Positions 11,801-25,100 of a stretch of DNA of 64,000 nt are shown here, piece after piece (the first letter of the stretch is position 1; every line of letters begins with the position of its first letter). The position numbers were made by a program, and so were the translations under genes. The stretch covers positions 3,511,502 to 3,575,501 of the forward strand of contig MU058059.1 in assembly GCA_013265495.1 (NCBI GenBank), read 5' to 3'. The notes below the pieces were generated by a model. That model ran no database searches, was not told the DNA's origin, and saw nothing but the letters and a program-made list of their open reading frames with translations. The DNA comes from Vicugna vicugna. Its lineage: Eukaryota.

Positions 11801-13119
11801 GAGCCTTTGTCAGCGCCCTTTCCTGGGCTGAGCTGGGCTGTCGTGGAAGTACGCCGCGCAGGAGGGTGTTGACAGGGGTCCACACTGGACACTTAGGATC
11901 CACGAGTCTCATTCTTGCCAGTGAAGTGCCAATTGCCCTGCTTTTTGTAAAGCCCCGCTTATATTATGAAACATGTAGCTTAGAAAACAACTCTGTTAAA
12001 AACAGCAAAGTATGTTTTAAAAAAAGCTAACAAAAACAATATTGAGGCAGCAGCTGTTCCAGCCCCAGAGGTGGAAAGCTTCCCAGTGTGCATTTTTAAC
12101 ACACATCACCACGTGGCAAAGGGGGGGTGAGGGGGAGAGAAGGGGGACAGGAGAGGATCTTTCTTTTATTTTATTATTTCCTCTGGGTGTGTACACGTCA
12201 AGACTGCTTCCGGATGGGATCCCAGAGAGATTTATATTTGAACTTCGGTTGTCTTGACGACAGTTGAGTGATTTCTGCCGCTTCCTCAGCAGCGGAGCGG
12301 CTCGGGTGAAAGGCAGCAAGTAGTACGCGGCTCGGTGAAGTCGCTGCTCGTGGCCTTTGTTAGAGTCTGGATGGGGGCTTGTCTCACAGCAGCCGAACAC
12401 CTGGAATTCGCTGTGACATCTGGGCAGTGGGGACGTCAGATGTGGACAGGGCCTTCAAAGCCAGGGCTGTGTGACCCCTGGGAGCGCTCACAGCCACGCA
12501 GCTCTGTCCAGGCTGTGGGCCCTGTCTTTAGCAAGGGTGAACATGGGTTCCTGAATCTGTTTGTTTCTTAGTGGTTCCTCTATTAGATTGAAGCCCTGTG
12601 GATGGTGTGGGTCAGCGTCAGGGATTCTGGGGTGTGAGTGAATAGCAGGGTGCAGTGGGGTGTCCCCGGCTGCGCCAGCATGGAGTGGCACTGAGCACCT
12701 GGGCCGGGCTGCTGGGACCCACCAGGCCCTCGTGGGCCTCAGCGTGGCCGCAGCCTGCAGTCTCTTGTGTGGCATCAGGACCACTCGTGGGCATTTTCAG
12801 ACTCCTCATGGTCCCTCCCCACCCCTCGTCTGCAGCTCTCCCGCCCTTGGCCTCACCTCTGACCCGGCTCAGTGTCCCTGTTTCGGTGAGTGTTTTATCC
12901 CTCAGATCCACTCCAAGGACGTAGCCATTGGAAAATAGAAAACTGCATCTTAAGGTGCCAGGACGGGAAAAGGTTCCGAGCTCACGCGTTAGAAGAGGTC
13001 CGGGTCCAGTTGCGTCCAGCAGGTTGGACTAATTTCAGTGCTCGTGTGCCTGCACACGTTACCCTTTCATTTGCTTTGGTTTTTATAATTTGTAATGTGT
13101 GTTTGAAAATGGGACAGCC

Positions 13120-13230
13120 TTCCTTCACTCAGTCATTCACCAATTACCGAGTGCTTCTTCCATGCCGGGAGCTGTAGGCGGCTGCGGGTGGACAGGACGG
13201 CCACCATCCCTGCCTTCAAAGCCCTCTGCC
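13120..13230 (-). mobile_element. L2 3'-end fragment
   Basis: ttcactcagtcattcaccaattaccgagtgcttcttccatgccgggagctgt is the antisense of the L2 3' terminus; highly diverged. Confidence 0.5.
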
Positions 13231-13859
13231 TTTCCCGGAAGAGGACATGATGACACGATGACCTAAATGACGTCACCTGTATTCCAGTGCCAGCACTCAC
13301 CACGGAGCCATGCACAACAGAAGTGACAGAATGATGATAAATATTGGCTGTCATCCGTCTGTTATTAGATGTGAGGACAGGTGAGGGGCAGAGGGTTTTT
13401 GCTCAGGGTCTGTTTTGTGAACCTGCTGTGGATGAGGAGCTGTGTTAGCTCTGCAGGAGGTGGAAAGTAGGCAGGGCGGGATCTGGTCCCGACTTGCGGC
13501 TCCTGGTTGGACTGGTGCACAGGTGCCAGCGTAAGTGGCCACGGCGATGGGGGGGATGCTGCAGGGGTCACGTGGTGCAGGGGAGGCCCGGAAGTTACGC
13601 TGAAGACAGTGAGGGCTGGGAGCCGAGCCGCCCAGAAGGTCTCTCAGAGTGGGAGGGATCTGCACAGGGCCTTGGAGGTCTGTGAGAGCTTTGATTGGAA
13701 AGGAAAGGTGGGCGTGGACCCCAGGCATGCCCTGAATCTCGCGGTTATTTTCTGGAAGGTTGAGGTGGTTGGAGGATGCAGGAAGGTAAAGAACGTCGCC
13801 TCCCACCCCAGGCTGATGGCTATCCCGTTGACCCCGTTGTCTCTAGCAGGGGGTCTTTT

Positions 13860-14360
13860 ATTTTAACTCCCTTTCCTGTTTTATTTGGGAAAATACCAAG
13901 CTTACAGAACAGTTGAAAGAGCAGTACAATGAATGTCCGCGGAGTCAGTAGGGATAACTCCTTGCCTCTCTCGCCTCTCTCTCTCATGCATGCAAACAGT
14001 ACAGAATTTTTTTCCTGAACCACTCTGAAAGTCAACTGCTGACCCTATGACACTCCACCCCTGCAGACTGCAGTTGTATCTTTGAGGGAAAAGGACGTTC
14101 TCCTGCGCACCTGTAAAGCCATCATCTCACCCCCAGTGTTGAACACAGCCAGGGAGTCGAGCATGGGGTTCGCACCCAGGGTGCAGGCAGAGGTCGTGTG
14201 TCATATTTGCTGCTCCGTCTCTCATCTAAAACAGTTGCTCTCTTTCTCTTTTTCTCCCCACCACAACATTGGTGTTTTGAAGAATCCAGGCCAGTTGTCT
14301 TGTGAGAAGTCATGTTTCCTCATTGCTTTTCCAGGGTTGAGTGGTGGGAAGACAACATAG
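13860..14360 (-). mobile_element. Old L1 (L1MC/ME-type) 3' fragment
   Basis: ttatttgggaaaataccaagcttacagaacagttgaaagagcagtacaatgaa...tttttcctgaaccactctgaaagtcaactgc resembles the antisense 3'UTR of ancient L1M elements. Confidence 0.55.
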
Positions 14361-14479
14361 GTGATGCTGAATGGTCTGATTTTTTTATGTGCTCACGTAT
14401 AATATGGGAATAGTCTTTCCACTTACTTCTATGGCCCTCATTCAAAAAACACTCCTAGTTTCTACCAGCGCCGGGCAGT

Positions 14480-14990
14480 GGTGTGTCTGAACGAAACCAA
14501 GGGCTGTGACTCTGTGGACCTCGCGCCTTAGATGGGGCGGATGGGCGGGTCGTGCTCAAAAAACCCCGAACACCCCGTAGTTTTCAGGGAAGAGCTTTTA
14601 TTGGCAGAATTTGGGGTGAGGGCTGCAGGGTGTGGCTTGCTTCTGACTGGCTGGTGGGGAGGGCCTGGGCAGGCCTGGGAATGCTGTGCTCAGCCTGAAG
14701 TCGCCACCCTTCCCCTGGGTAGGGGCTCAGTTCCTGCAGAAGAGCTCGGAGAGAGTGTTCTGTACTTTCCTTGAGGGGGAGCCGGGACCTGCCCCATCAC
14801 TGCACTGTGGTTTCCTGACTGCCTCGCCTTGTTTCTGTGTTCCCTCACCTCCCTAATTAGCAACTTTGAATCTGCCTCTTGGAACTCAGGATAGGTCTAG
14901 GAGACTGAAGTTTTTTTCCTGCAAACAAGAAATGGGGAATAGAAAGGGTTTTGTACCCGGGCGGGCCCCACAGGGTCCTGCTCAGTTTCA
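14480..14990 (-). mobile_element. ERV1-class solo LTR
   Basis: Ends ...ggccccacagggtcctgctcagtttca (TG-starting LTR terminus on the minus strand); internal ctcaaaaaaccccgaac..ttcagggaag..ttttattggc resembles Laurasiatherian ERV1 LTRs. Left edge approximate; family not assigned. Confidence 0.65.
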
Positions 14991-16473
14991 GTTCCGTGAG
15001 CTCCGGGTGGAAGGTGACAGGCTTCCTGCCTTTGTGCCTCACAGGTCACAGAATGTCATTTCTGACACATTGTGCAGATCAAGCGAGTCACTGAGGCCAG
15101 CCCAGAAGCAGAGGGAGGGGAGTGGGATTCCCCTCTTCGTGGGAGGAGCAGCGGGAGACCGTGGTGTCTTCAGCCCGACTGACAAGTGCGCCGCACACAG
15201 CCCGGCGTCAGAGGGCGCGTCAGGGTGATCTCTGTTAGCCTCCACCTGCGGTGGGGGAGCCGGCGCTCAGAGGGTCAGCTCGCAGCACAGAGACTCCCTG
15301 CGAATAAAGGACGATTACAGCCAGGGCTGTGCAGCTCCGGAGCTGGTACACAGAGCCCCTTTGCTGGGCAGCGTACTTTGTCAGCCACGGATTTCTTGTT
15401 CAGACCAGCATGTAGCAGGGAGAACACCGCGGGGTCAGTGGAATGGGGTCAATAAAAAGATAAAAAGGTCTGTGTTTAAAAAATGATAATTCAACAATTC
15501 AAACCAGGTTTGGAGTACTCCCCTGGAAGAAGAAAGCTAATACCCACAGCGTCGGGGTCCTGGCTGGGTGTGGGCCGGCGTCGCCCGTGAAGGGGCAAAG
15601 TGCCTTGTCAGCAGGGAGGCTGGATGCAGCCGCGACACCACCACGCACAGCGACAGTGACATCAGTCACACCCTGCGTCTGCTTAGCACGTCACGGAGGC
15701 AGCGTGCAGTCTGTGCGTTGTGTCATTTGGTCCTCGGACAGCCCTGTGTAGCGCGCCCCCGTCCCTGGTTTGTGGTGTGACACCAGGCCTGGCAGGTCCA
15801 GCGTGTCCCTCAACATCACAAGGCCACGCGAGGGGAGTGGCTGTGAACCCGGCTTGAGCTGTTGCCCATTGTCCAGCTGGTGACCAGGAAGCCCTTTGCT
15901 TCCTTTGCTCCCTCAGGGGATACGTGTTAAGCACCGTAACTGGGTTCAGGAAATGTCAGTTTGCAAACTGTAATCAGTCAGTTGGGATGGCCCACCTGCT
16001 GGATGGAGTGTCTCTGTCTGCAGTTGGCCTATCACTGTGGCTGGACAGGCCTCCTGCCAGCGGAGCACAGGGGACCATGGTTCAGCCTTGGGCCACAGAC
16101 GTGGGTGCTGGCTTGACCGCTTGCTGGCGCAATTCCTCTGGCCAGACGTGTAACTTTTGGGCCCGGTGACTCCTTGGTAAAATGCTGCCAAGTTGCACTG
16201 ACAACCCCGTTAACCCTTCCTGGCATGTCATGTTGGAAATTTCTCTTACCTCCCTTACCTCCTCCCCCTCAAACCGTTTTACACCCTGATAATCTCCAGG
16301 CTTAGGAGAGTTTAAATAGATGCATTCCACAAGAATGCTCTCCAATTCAGAAGTTTTCTTCAATCTGCTTTGCTGTGGAATCTGGCAAGGTGCTAAGTAA
16401 TAGCTTTTGATTTACTGTGTGATGCTGTAGACCATCCTTTTCATGACTTTGACCACGTTTGTAACATACTCTT

Positions 16474-17224
16474 CCAGAAGTTTTTATAAATTTGACATTA
16501 ACATTGTATAAGTTTAAGGTGTGGGCGTGTTACTTTGATACATGTGTAGGATTCAGTGTAGGTGGTGTTTGTCACATCATGCAATCAGTATGGTTTTGCC
16601 TGTATTGGTTATACTGTGCCTTAGATCTCTGTAGCTTACTTACTGCCATTTCAGGTTTGTACCCTTAGTGATGTCAGTTTCATCCACCCCCATTCTCTCG
16701 TCTGCTTTTCACAGGTTTAGCTTTTTTGGACTCCACATGTAAGTGGTGTCATACAGCACTCCCTTCCTCTGTCGGACTTACCTCACTCGCCATCCTGTGC
16801 TCAAGGTCCATCCATGTCACAGGTGGGAGGCTGCCTGCCTTTCTCGTGGCTGAATGCTTCTCCATTGTGTGTATGTGCCGCGTCTTTCTTATCCATTCCT
16901 TTGTCCGTGAGCGTTTGGTTTGTTTCCATGTCGGGCTATTGTGAATCATGCTGTGGTGAACGTGGGTGTGCAGATATCTCATTCAGATCCTGTTTTCATT
17001 TCCTTTGGGTATATACCCAGAAATGGAATTGCTAGGTCATATGGTAGATCTATTTTTATTTTTTTGCCGAACCTCAATATCATTTTCCAGTTTGTTGTGC
17101 CGATTTACATTTCCAGCCCAGAGCACGAGAGTTCCCTTTTCACTGCCGTCTCGCCAGCACCTGTTGTCTCTTGTCTTCTTGGTGATGGCCGTTCTAACAG
17201 CTGTGAGATGACAGCTCACAGTGG
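16474..17224 (-). mobile_element. 5'-truncated L1 (ORF2 C-terminus plus 3'UTR) with 14-bp TSD
   Basis: ORF 16749-16982 WKQTKRSRTKEWIRKTRHIHTMEKHSA..TWMDLE matches the L1 ORF2 C-terminus; flanking tgtaacatactctt (16460-16473) and tgtaacatattctt (17225-17238). Confidence 0.9.
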
Positions 17225-17239
17225 TGTAACATATTCTTT

Positions 17240-17500
17240 AAATTTTTGTATTAAAATATAATATTCATACAAAAAAGTGCACAAATCTTAACATAGTCCA
17301 CAATGGATTTTTACAAATGGAGCAGACCTGCATAAATGCCCAGATCAGGAAACAGAATATTACCAGCCTCCCGGAAGCCCACCCTGTTCCTCCTTCTAGG
17401 CATTACGTTATCCTTCAAAAAGAAAGGAAGAAAGCGATCCGCTTTCTTGACTTCAAATATTAGAAAATTATTTTTGCTTGTTTTCAAATTGTAGTGCATA
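17240..17500 (-). mobile_element. Old L1 (L1ME-type) 3'-end fragment
   Basis: aaaatataatattcatacaaaaaagtgcacaaatcttaa...cccagatcaggaaacagaatattaccagcctcccggaagccc is typical antisense L1ME 3' end. Confidence 0.65.
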
Positions 17501-18049
17501 TACTTCCTGTAGGATCTTCACTATTTTGAAGTCCTTACACTGAAGAGGTCTTGTTTAACAGAAGTTCCAAGGACAGAAGCCACCCGACTAGTGGACCGAG
17601 AGCCACCATTGGGTCATGGAGTCCAGACATCAGATGTTGGCCTTGGCACACGGGGCTGGAAGGCATCGGCCATCTGTGCTCACTTGCCCAGTGCCATACA
17701 AATCACGTCCTTTTCTGTGACTGCTGGGAGGTGGAGAAGGTTGGAAAGCAGTGTCTTAGGAAGTCTGTTACAATCAGTTAACCGAAATGAGATGCATTTT
17801 AATTGGAGATGAATATTAAGCCTTTTTAGAGTGCTCAAGGGTGTTTGCAAACTATTCTCCCCAATATTCAAAGTATTGTTTCCATTTTTAAAGAAGAAAA
17901 CCTTGCCAAGATCGGTCTTTCTTGAAGTCCTTCTTAATGACCAGACAGTATATACTTGCAAAGAGTGAAGTGGTGCAGAAAGGTCCAAAATGAAAAGCAA
18001 GGCTGTCCTCCTCCTCAGTCTCTCGTGTTTCTTGTGTTTTTTCTGGATA

Positions 18050-19110
18050 TGGTCCATACGCCAGTGTTATTTTCTTGCCTTTTTACCTGAAGGTGAACCT
18101 TGAGTATCTTTCTGTGTCAGTACGTATTGATCCACCTCATTTATTTTAAAAGTCGCATGATGTTCAATCACAGCGATGTGTCACGATTTACTTCATTGGT
18201 GCCTTCGTGATAAATTTTTAGATGGTTTTTGTTTCTGGCCATTACAAACAATTCTGCACTAAAAATCCTTGTGCCTGAACATGTGCATGCAGTGTCTCCG
18301 TAGGATACTTTCTAGAACAGAATGCTGGGTCAGAGACATATGGAAATTTATATCCTTAAAAAGATAATGCAGAATTAATCTTCCAAAATATTGTACAGTT
18401 TACATTCCCGGTAAGTATCTGCGATATGATTTTCTGCACCTTTACTCACACTGAATATCATCAAAACTTTTTATCTTCGCTAACATTGTAGATTTAAAAT
18501 GATAACCTGATTTGATTTCTTGCATCAGTGAATGACTGAGCATCTTTTCATATGTTTTTGACTAACTACAATTTTTCTTACCTACACATTCATAGCATTT
18601 ACCTGTTTTTCATTGGGTTGTTTTTCTTACTGATTTGTGAGAACTCTTTGTATGTTAAGGAACAAAAGCTTTTGTCATTCGTATTGCATGTACTTTTCTT
18701 TAGTTTGTTGTTTTCTAGAAAGTTTCCTTTGTTTCCTGCACTTAGAAAATCATACCAGTATTTAAAAATCTTTGTTAGTCAAATATATCAGTCTTTCCCT
18801 TTGTGGTTTTAGTGTTTTATGTCTTGCTTTTGGAAGTCTTTCCACATTCTAATATTAAAAGAAATGTTTCTTGTGTTTTTATTTTACTCTAGTACTTTCA
18901 TGTGGGATTTATTTCAGTACAAAGAGAGCCAGGTTGTGATTCTGGTTTTTTTTTTTACTCAAAATCTCTAGGTAGTTGTTTTAATGCTGTTTGTCCATTA
19001 ATTTATCATTATTTACTGATCTGGTACGGTATTTTTATCATAATGGAATCCCCATGTGTATGTGCGTCTGTTTCTGGGTTGTATATTGTTCTATTAAAAA
19101 ATCCATTGAT
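18050..19110 (-). mobile_element. Highly degenerate old L1 fragment
   Basis: AT/T-rich block with antisense L1 motifs (gactgagcatcttttcatatgttt, tttgtgagaactctttgtatgttaagg, gtgcgtctgtttctgggtt). Confidence 0.6.
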
Positions 19111-22100
19111 TTCTGAGTCCGTCAGATTCGGGCAGATTTAGAAATGACAGAGAAGTTGGCTTTTGGGGGCCAGATGGTGCAGGGGGCCTGAACACCCGGG
19201 GCTGCGAGGTGAAGCTGGTTAAGTGGTTTGCTCAGGGAGCACACGTTTGTGGAGCCCCTGTTAGCACGCACGAGTGCTGAGTGTATTTTGAGTTTTGGTC
19301 TTCTGTGGCAGTGTTCATCTTGTGAGAATAATAATCTGGAACGTTGCATGTATTGAATTCATTCAGTGAATGAGAAATTTGAGGGTGGTTGAAAGGAAAG
19401 AGTGGTGATGTGAACTGAGCCCTAGCTGGGTGGTACCTGGCTTGGAAGTGCTATGGTTTGTGTGTTTGGACCAATTTTGGAAAAGTAAGCGAGCGGAGTG
19501 ATGAGTTACAGCCCCACCACCTGCAGCACCTGCGTGTTTTCCGTGCTGTAAATCTTAATTTTTTCCCCCTTCAGTGTGAATGGGATCACTTCCATTGGAG
19601 AGTCCAGAAATTGCTACGTCAGTGGGACTTGGGAGTCTAAAAGTTAGGGCTAAATTGAACTTAGCATGTAACATAGTCCATTTGAAATGATCCTGGAGCC
19701 TAAGTTCTTCATGTGTGCTGAAAAGCGAGCAGGGCTAGAATCCTCCTTTGAGACAGCTTCAAGCTCTCTGATGCCCGTGGTGATGGACTGTAGGGCGTAC
19801 GCTCCGGTAAGTGAACGACAGCCCCAGACGACAGCGGGCACGTCAGCCTGGAGTCCAGCCCCACCCAAGCCCCATCCTATTTTCTTGGGCCTTCATCACT
19901 TCCAGGAGTCACCCAAGGTGGGAGTGGACAGAACTCCTGGGGCCCCAGGCTGCTGCCTGCCCCCTGGCTCCCAGCCTCTGTCCCTGCTCCGTGGGGCGGG
20001 TCCACGTGCCCTCCTGCAGCTGGCCTCCCCTCCCGTCTTCAGACTCACCCTCCCGCACGTGGATCCACACATGGGGATCCGCGCACACGAACACCACCGG
20101 TGAAACTGCATGTACGGGAAGCGGGCTCATCGCTCTGACCGACAACCCACTTTGGCTGGAACGTTGTGGCTTTGTGCTCCGTCCTCCTCGAACATCACGG
20201 CATGGAAGACACTCTTGGCTTAGTTTCCAGATCTGATGTAGGGAACGCCTCTCACAGCACCTGAGAAGGAGAAGAGAGCCGTGCCCCCTGTGAACTAGGC
20301 TGAGCTCGGTCTGCAGTCGAGAGCGGCGCCCGGTCTGAGCTGTCTAAGCCACGACATTAGACGAACGGGATGTGGTAGCTGTTGTCCTTCATTTTAGGAA
20401 ATTCCTTCGAGCGTTGATTTTGGAGGGAGGCAGATCCTGCCTTCTGAATGAGAGTGAAAAAGGCCAGATACCCCTCTGGCAGCTCAGGGACAGGCATGTG
20501 ACCCAGTTCGACCAGCCCGAGGCCATTGCCTGAGGGCCAGGATGCGCAGTGACCAAGGGGGGCTGTGCCCGGTGGCCTGACCTGGCCAGCCTGGGGTCGT
20601 GGCGTGGTCTTGGCTGTGACCACGACTCTCCAGTTCCCTGACAATCCTGCACGTTGCCCAGTGTGCCTTACAGCCCCCCCAACCCCACGTGTGTTCTCTG
20701 GGTGCTGAGGGCTCCGTGGAGCGTCCTCCCTCAGTGCTGGTCTCGTCCCAGGCCCATGTCCATCCTCCCTCCTGCTTTTTAGCTCTAATCAGTTCACCTT
20801 CTCTGGCCTTCAACCCATCTCCATTTTGTCTGTGGAGCCTTTTTATCTCTGTGCCGAAATGTTTTCAGTAGATCTCTTTGCTTGAATGCCCCACAGGGAC
20901 CTCCAGCCATGCCTGCAGGCGCGGTGAGGTGGTCGGGCTGGGAGCGGGGCAGGCAGCCTGCAGGTGTGGAGGAGGGAATCCCTCAAGTGCAGGTCACAAG
21001 CAGGGGAAAGAGAGGCAGTGATGGGGAAGGGCCCCCAGGGAAGGTGTACAAAAAGGGCCCAGAGAGCTGTCCCCACGGAGGAGACGTTTGCAGAAGTCCT
21101 GACTGCACGGCACCTCCCTGGCCTTGCCCCCAGTGGTTCTGTGCGCCCAACCAGGCCCCGTAGGGATGAGGGGTGAGAGGGCACCCAGGTGACCACAGGA
21201 ACGGCTCAGGGCCTGGAGGCCAGAGAGCAGACCCGGCCTCCATGGTCGACACAGAGAGGCAGTGCACACAGCCGTGGGATGACAGCAGGGGCCTGGGGAG
21301 ATCCCTGAGGGGCGGCTGCTCTGCGTTGTTCGGCTCTGGGACCCAGGCACTGCGCAGGGATGGACCTGCCATGTGATGGAGGGCCTGTCTCCTGGACCTC
21401 CACATCACATGCCCGGCTTGTGTGTGATTCTATTCTCCTTTTTAAAAGGGCGCTTTTTCTCAGTCGTTACCTTCTTGACGTGGAAAGTAAATAGTATCTT
21501 CTTGGCTGTTACTGAAACATTTTACTTTAAAACCTGGACCTGAATCTCTAGGACCTCGCCGCCCACTGTTCACTGTTGTGACCACCCTTTCTCCCGCTGG
21601 TCCGGGGCCTCCGCGGAGGTGATGCTCAGAGGCACTGCGAGGAGGCGGGCTTCCCTCCTGTTCGCTTGTTGGCCGTTGAAACTCCCCAGTGTCTGTGAGC
21701 TTGTTTGTTCATTTAGAAACTCCTTGACAGTGCGGAACATGAGAATCGCGGCACCGTCCTGGGAATTTCTGGTAAATGTTTGCCGGTTGTGTTGGTGTGA
21801 TATCAAGTATCCAAAGCCGATTTGGTAGATGTTTACTAATAATTAGATTTGCCGAAGGCTCGAGAAGTCCTCATGGGTTAGGCTTTCCTTTTCTGAAAAG
21901 CCTTCAGACTGTGGTGATAAATTTGCTTGAAAATGGTGCATGATGTGTGCTGGAACACACAGAGCTATTTTAAAAGCGCTTTACTCTTTTATGTGAATTT
22001 CCAAGTCTTCCCCGAAGACTGAAATGCAGTGTTTGGGATGTTGGATGAGAGGAACAAGGGCTTGTTATTTTTGTTTTCAAATCTGTGTTATCTCTGGTCT

Positions 22101-25100
22101 GCTTTTTCAAATGTCTATTAAAACTTACTACCCGTTTACACTCATGAAGGTTTTATATGCCAATTGTAAGAATAGGTCAGTGGATTTATGTGTCCAGCAG
22201 AGATCGGCTAATTGGCTTTGAACAGTGCGCCAAGGTGACACTGTCAGTACTATGGCTCTTCGTAGATGATGAATTCAGCTCCTGTGACAAAGTCAAACAC
22301 ATCAAAGATGCCAGCCAAACGCCATAAAAAGCACAGGTCCATATGTCAGTCTAATTCTGTAGCAGTCTTTTTGTAGCATAGCTGGTAATTCCATCTGTTT
22401 CAATTTAAGATGCTTCCCAGTCTTGCCTGTGTAGCACACACGCAGATTCCCAACACAGGGAGCATGCTAAAAGTAAGTAGCACCTATAACACAGATGTGT
22501 ATTGTCTGTGATTTAAATCTGCACTACATTCGGTTGCAGTGGAGTTGCAGGGGGTGGCAGAGTGTAGCTTCCAGAGTTCAGGATGGAGACGGTGATGCTG
22601 GCTTCTCTTGGCGGCAGCCTGTCATCCCCGAACTGCGTGGTGCTGGGTCTGCTGCAACTCTCCACCAGAAATGCAGTGGCCAAGGTGGATTGCTTCTGTT
22701 TGTTATTCTGGCCACGGGATCCAGCAGGAGTCACGGCAGATCAATCTCAGATTGGTAATAGGTTGTTGAGAAGGCAGAAGGCGGCAGGCTGGAACAAACT
22801 GACCCATGCCTGTCATTTCATCTCAGGTAATGACGGCTGGTTGTGCGCAGTGCAGCTGAAATACATAGCCGGAGGCCCCCAAGCCGGCGGTCTCTAAATA
22901 GATCAGAGGGTTCCAACAGACACCCCACCCCCTTCCGCTTCTTGTAAGGGCTCTTCTTGCGGAACGGTCATAAAAAGAGTTTTGTCTGCCCTCTCGCTAA
23001 CCAGCAAGACAGGATTACCAACAACTTGGTCCTGGCAGGCGGCCAGCCTGCCAGCGTTTAAAGGATGCTCGCTGCCGTGGCAACCCCACTGGGCCTGAGG
23101 TGTGTGAAAGTAGATGCAGCTGCTGAAGACCAAGAGCCGCCGGGCAGGGCAGGGCAGAGCACACGGCCCGGTTCAGGTGACATCATGCCAGCCTGGACCA
23201 CCGGCAAACACGGGCGGCGGCCAGACCACCTGCCCAATGGCTAAATGTGGGTGAGTGGCATTTTCCAAAGAAGGACACTGGGAAGAACAGGGGCTTTAAG
23301 AAATGGGATTGTGTCCTCCTATACGAGTGACTGTCATAAATTAGGATTTGGAAATTGGGAGACTTCAAGCTGGGATGATTGTAAACAAATGAGGGATAAG
23401 CAGATGATCAGGCTCAACAAGCCGTAAGGGTAATTCTCGGCCTGTTCAGAGGCATGGACAGAGTTTGACGTTTCTTCGATGTGCTGCCTTGATTCGGGTG
23501 CAGGCCAAGCTGCTGAACAGAAGGTCCCACAGGACCATGACTTACGTGGGACAGAATCGTCTCTTTCCTCTTGATCAGTCCTGGTCGCTGGCTCAGGGCC
23601 ACCAGGGGTCTGTGGGGTCAGGACACTTCCTCTACTTCCATCCTGTTTGCCGGAACCCCGTCCCCTGACCACCTCTACCAGCACGGGTGATGGAGTGCCC
23701 GGCCAAATCTCAGGGCTCTTTTTCTAACAGATGAACGGGTGGGTGGGGATCTTGGAGCAACGATAGTTTCTCCCACAAGCACCTTTTATGTTCCAACAAG
23801 GTCACGGCCGGAATATGAATTTGAAGACTTTGAGTTCGTGGCTGGGCTGGAGCTTTAAATCGATTCATCTCCTAGACGCTGGACTCTGAGGAGAGAGGAG
23901 CAAGGCTGAAGTCTGCTTGCTGAGTCCCCAGACTCAGACCCCCCACGTGTAAAGCGTGGATGAGTGTCCGTCTGTCTCAGGGAGCTGTAACAGTGACACA
24001 CACAAGCGACGTAGGAATGCCCAGGCCCTCCCTGTCGTGTGGTGACTTCCCAGTGGGGGTGAGCCTGTTCTTCCTCTGAGAAGGCTGGCAGCGCTCATCT
24101 GCTTCCTCATCGCTTCTCGAAAAACAAGGTGAGGTGCTCAGAAGTTAATTTCATTTACAAGATTGCGCCAGGATTACCCCACTTTACAGTAAAAGTATTT
24201 TTACTTCTCCAAATGCACCTTCTGAAGTTCTGTGATGAGCCCAGAGGCACCTCGCAGCCTCATGACGCATCTCCTGGCCCCACTGCACCAGCGCTAGAAT
24301 GAAGGGATAACAATAAAGGAGGTTTCCTGGGAAATGACGTACGCACGCTGCCTCCCAGGCGTTTGCCGTGGCCTCGAAGGAGGCTTTGAGTGTTGGTGAG
24401 CGGCAGTCCTCACAGCAACGCAGATGTGCTCCTCCTGGTCTGTCGCCTGCTGTCCCTGGGGCTCTAACCCAGATCCAGTCAGGCAAGCTCAGGACCCAGG
24501 GCAAGACCCCGGCAGGTGCTGCTTTGAGGCCAGTGAAACTCCTGTGGGGACATCGTGTGCTGTGAAGTGTGACGTGGCCGATGGCTCCCCTGGAATGTGG
24601 CAGATGAGGTCCTTGGATAGACGGCTGTGGAACTGGTGGCAGCGCTAAGTGACAAAGATGCATCCCAGGGACTGGTGTGACGGGGCCGGGATTCATGAGG
24701 CTTCGCTGGGAGCCACCAGCTGTTTGGGAAGCTGTGTTCTTTCCCATCACTGCCTCCCCACTGGGCTCCCACGGGCAGGTGCCCAGGCGGCAATCCTGGC
24801 GTTCTAGGGGCTGCAGGAGGACGCAGGCGCCGTGCCTCCCGGCCTGGGTTTCCCGCCACAGTGCTGCGTGGTTTCTTGAAGTCTCTGTCTGCCTCCCTGC
24901 CCTGTGGCAGCCCCTCCTGCTGGCCCAGCCTTGGGAAGCCCCCCTCCCCCGGACGCGGTTGCTTTGCACGGGAGCCGTGATCGCTGTTTGTGGCAGGGTG
25001 GGGGTACTGCAGTGGGAAATTCTCCCCTTGCCTTCCCCGTGGATGAACTGGTGCTGTGCCCACGGCTCCTGCCACTGCCGGGGGCCCTGCAGTCGGGCGG

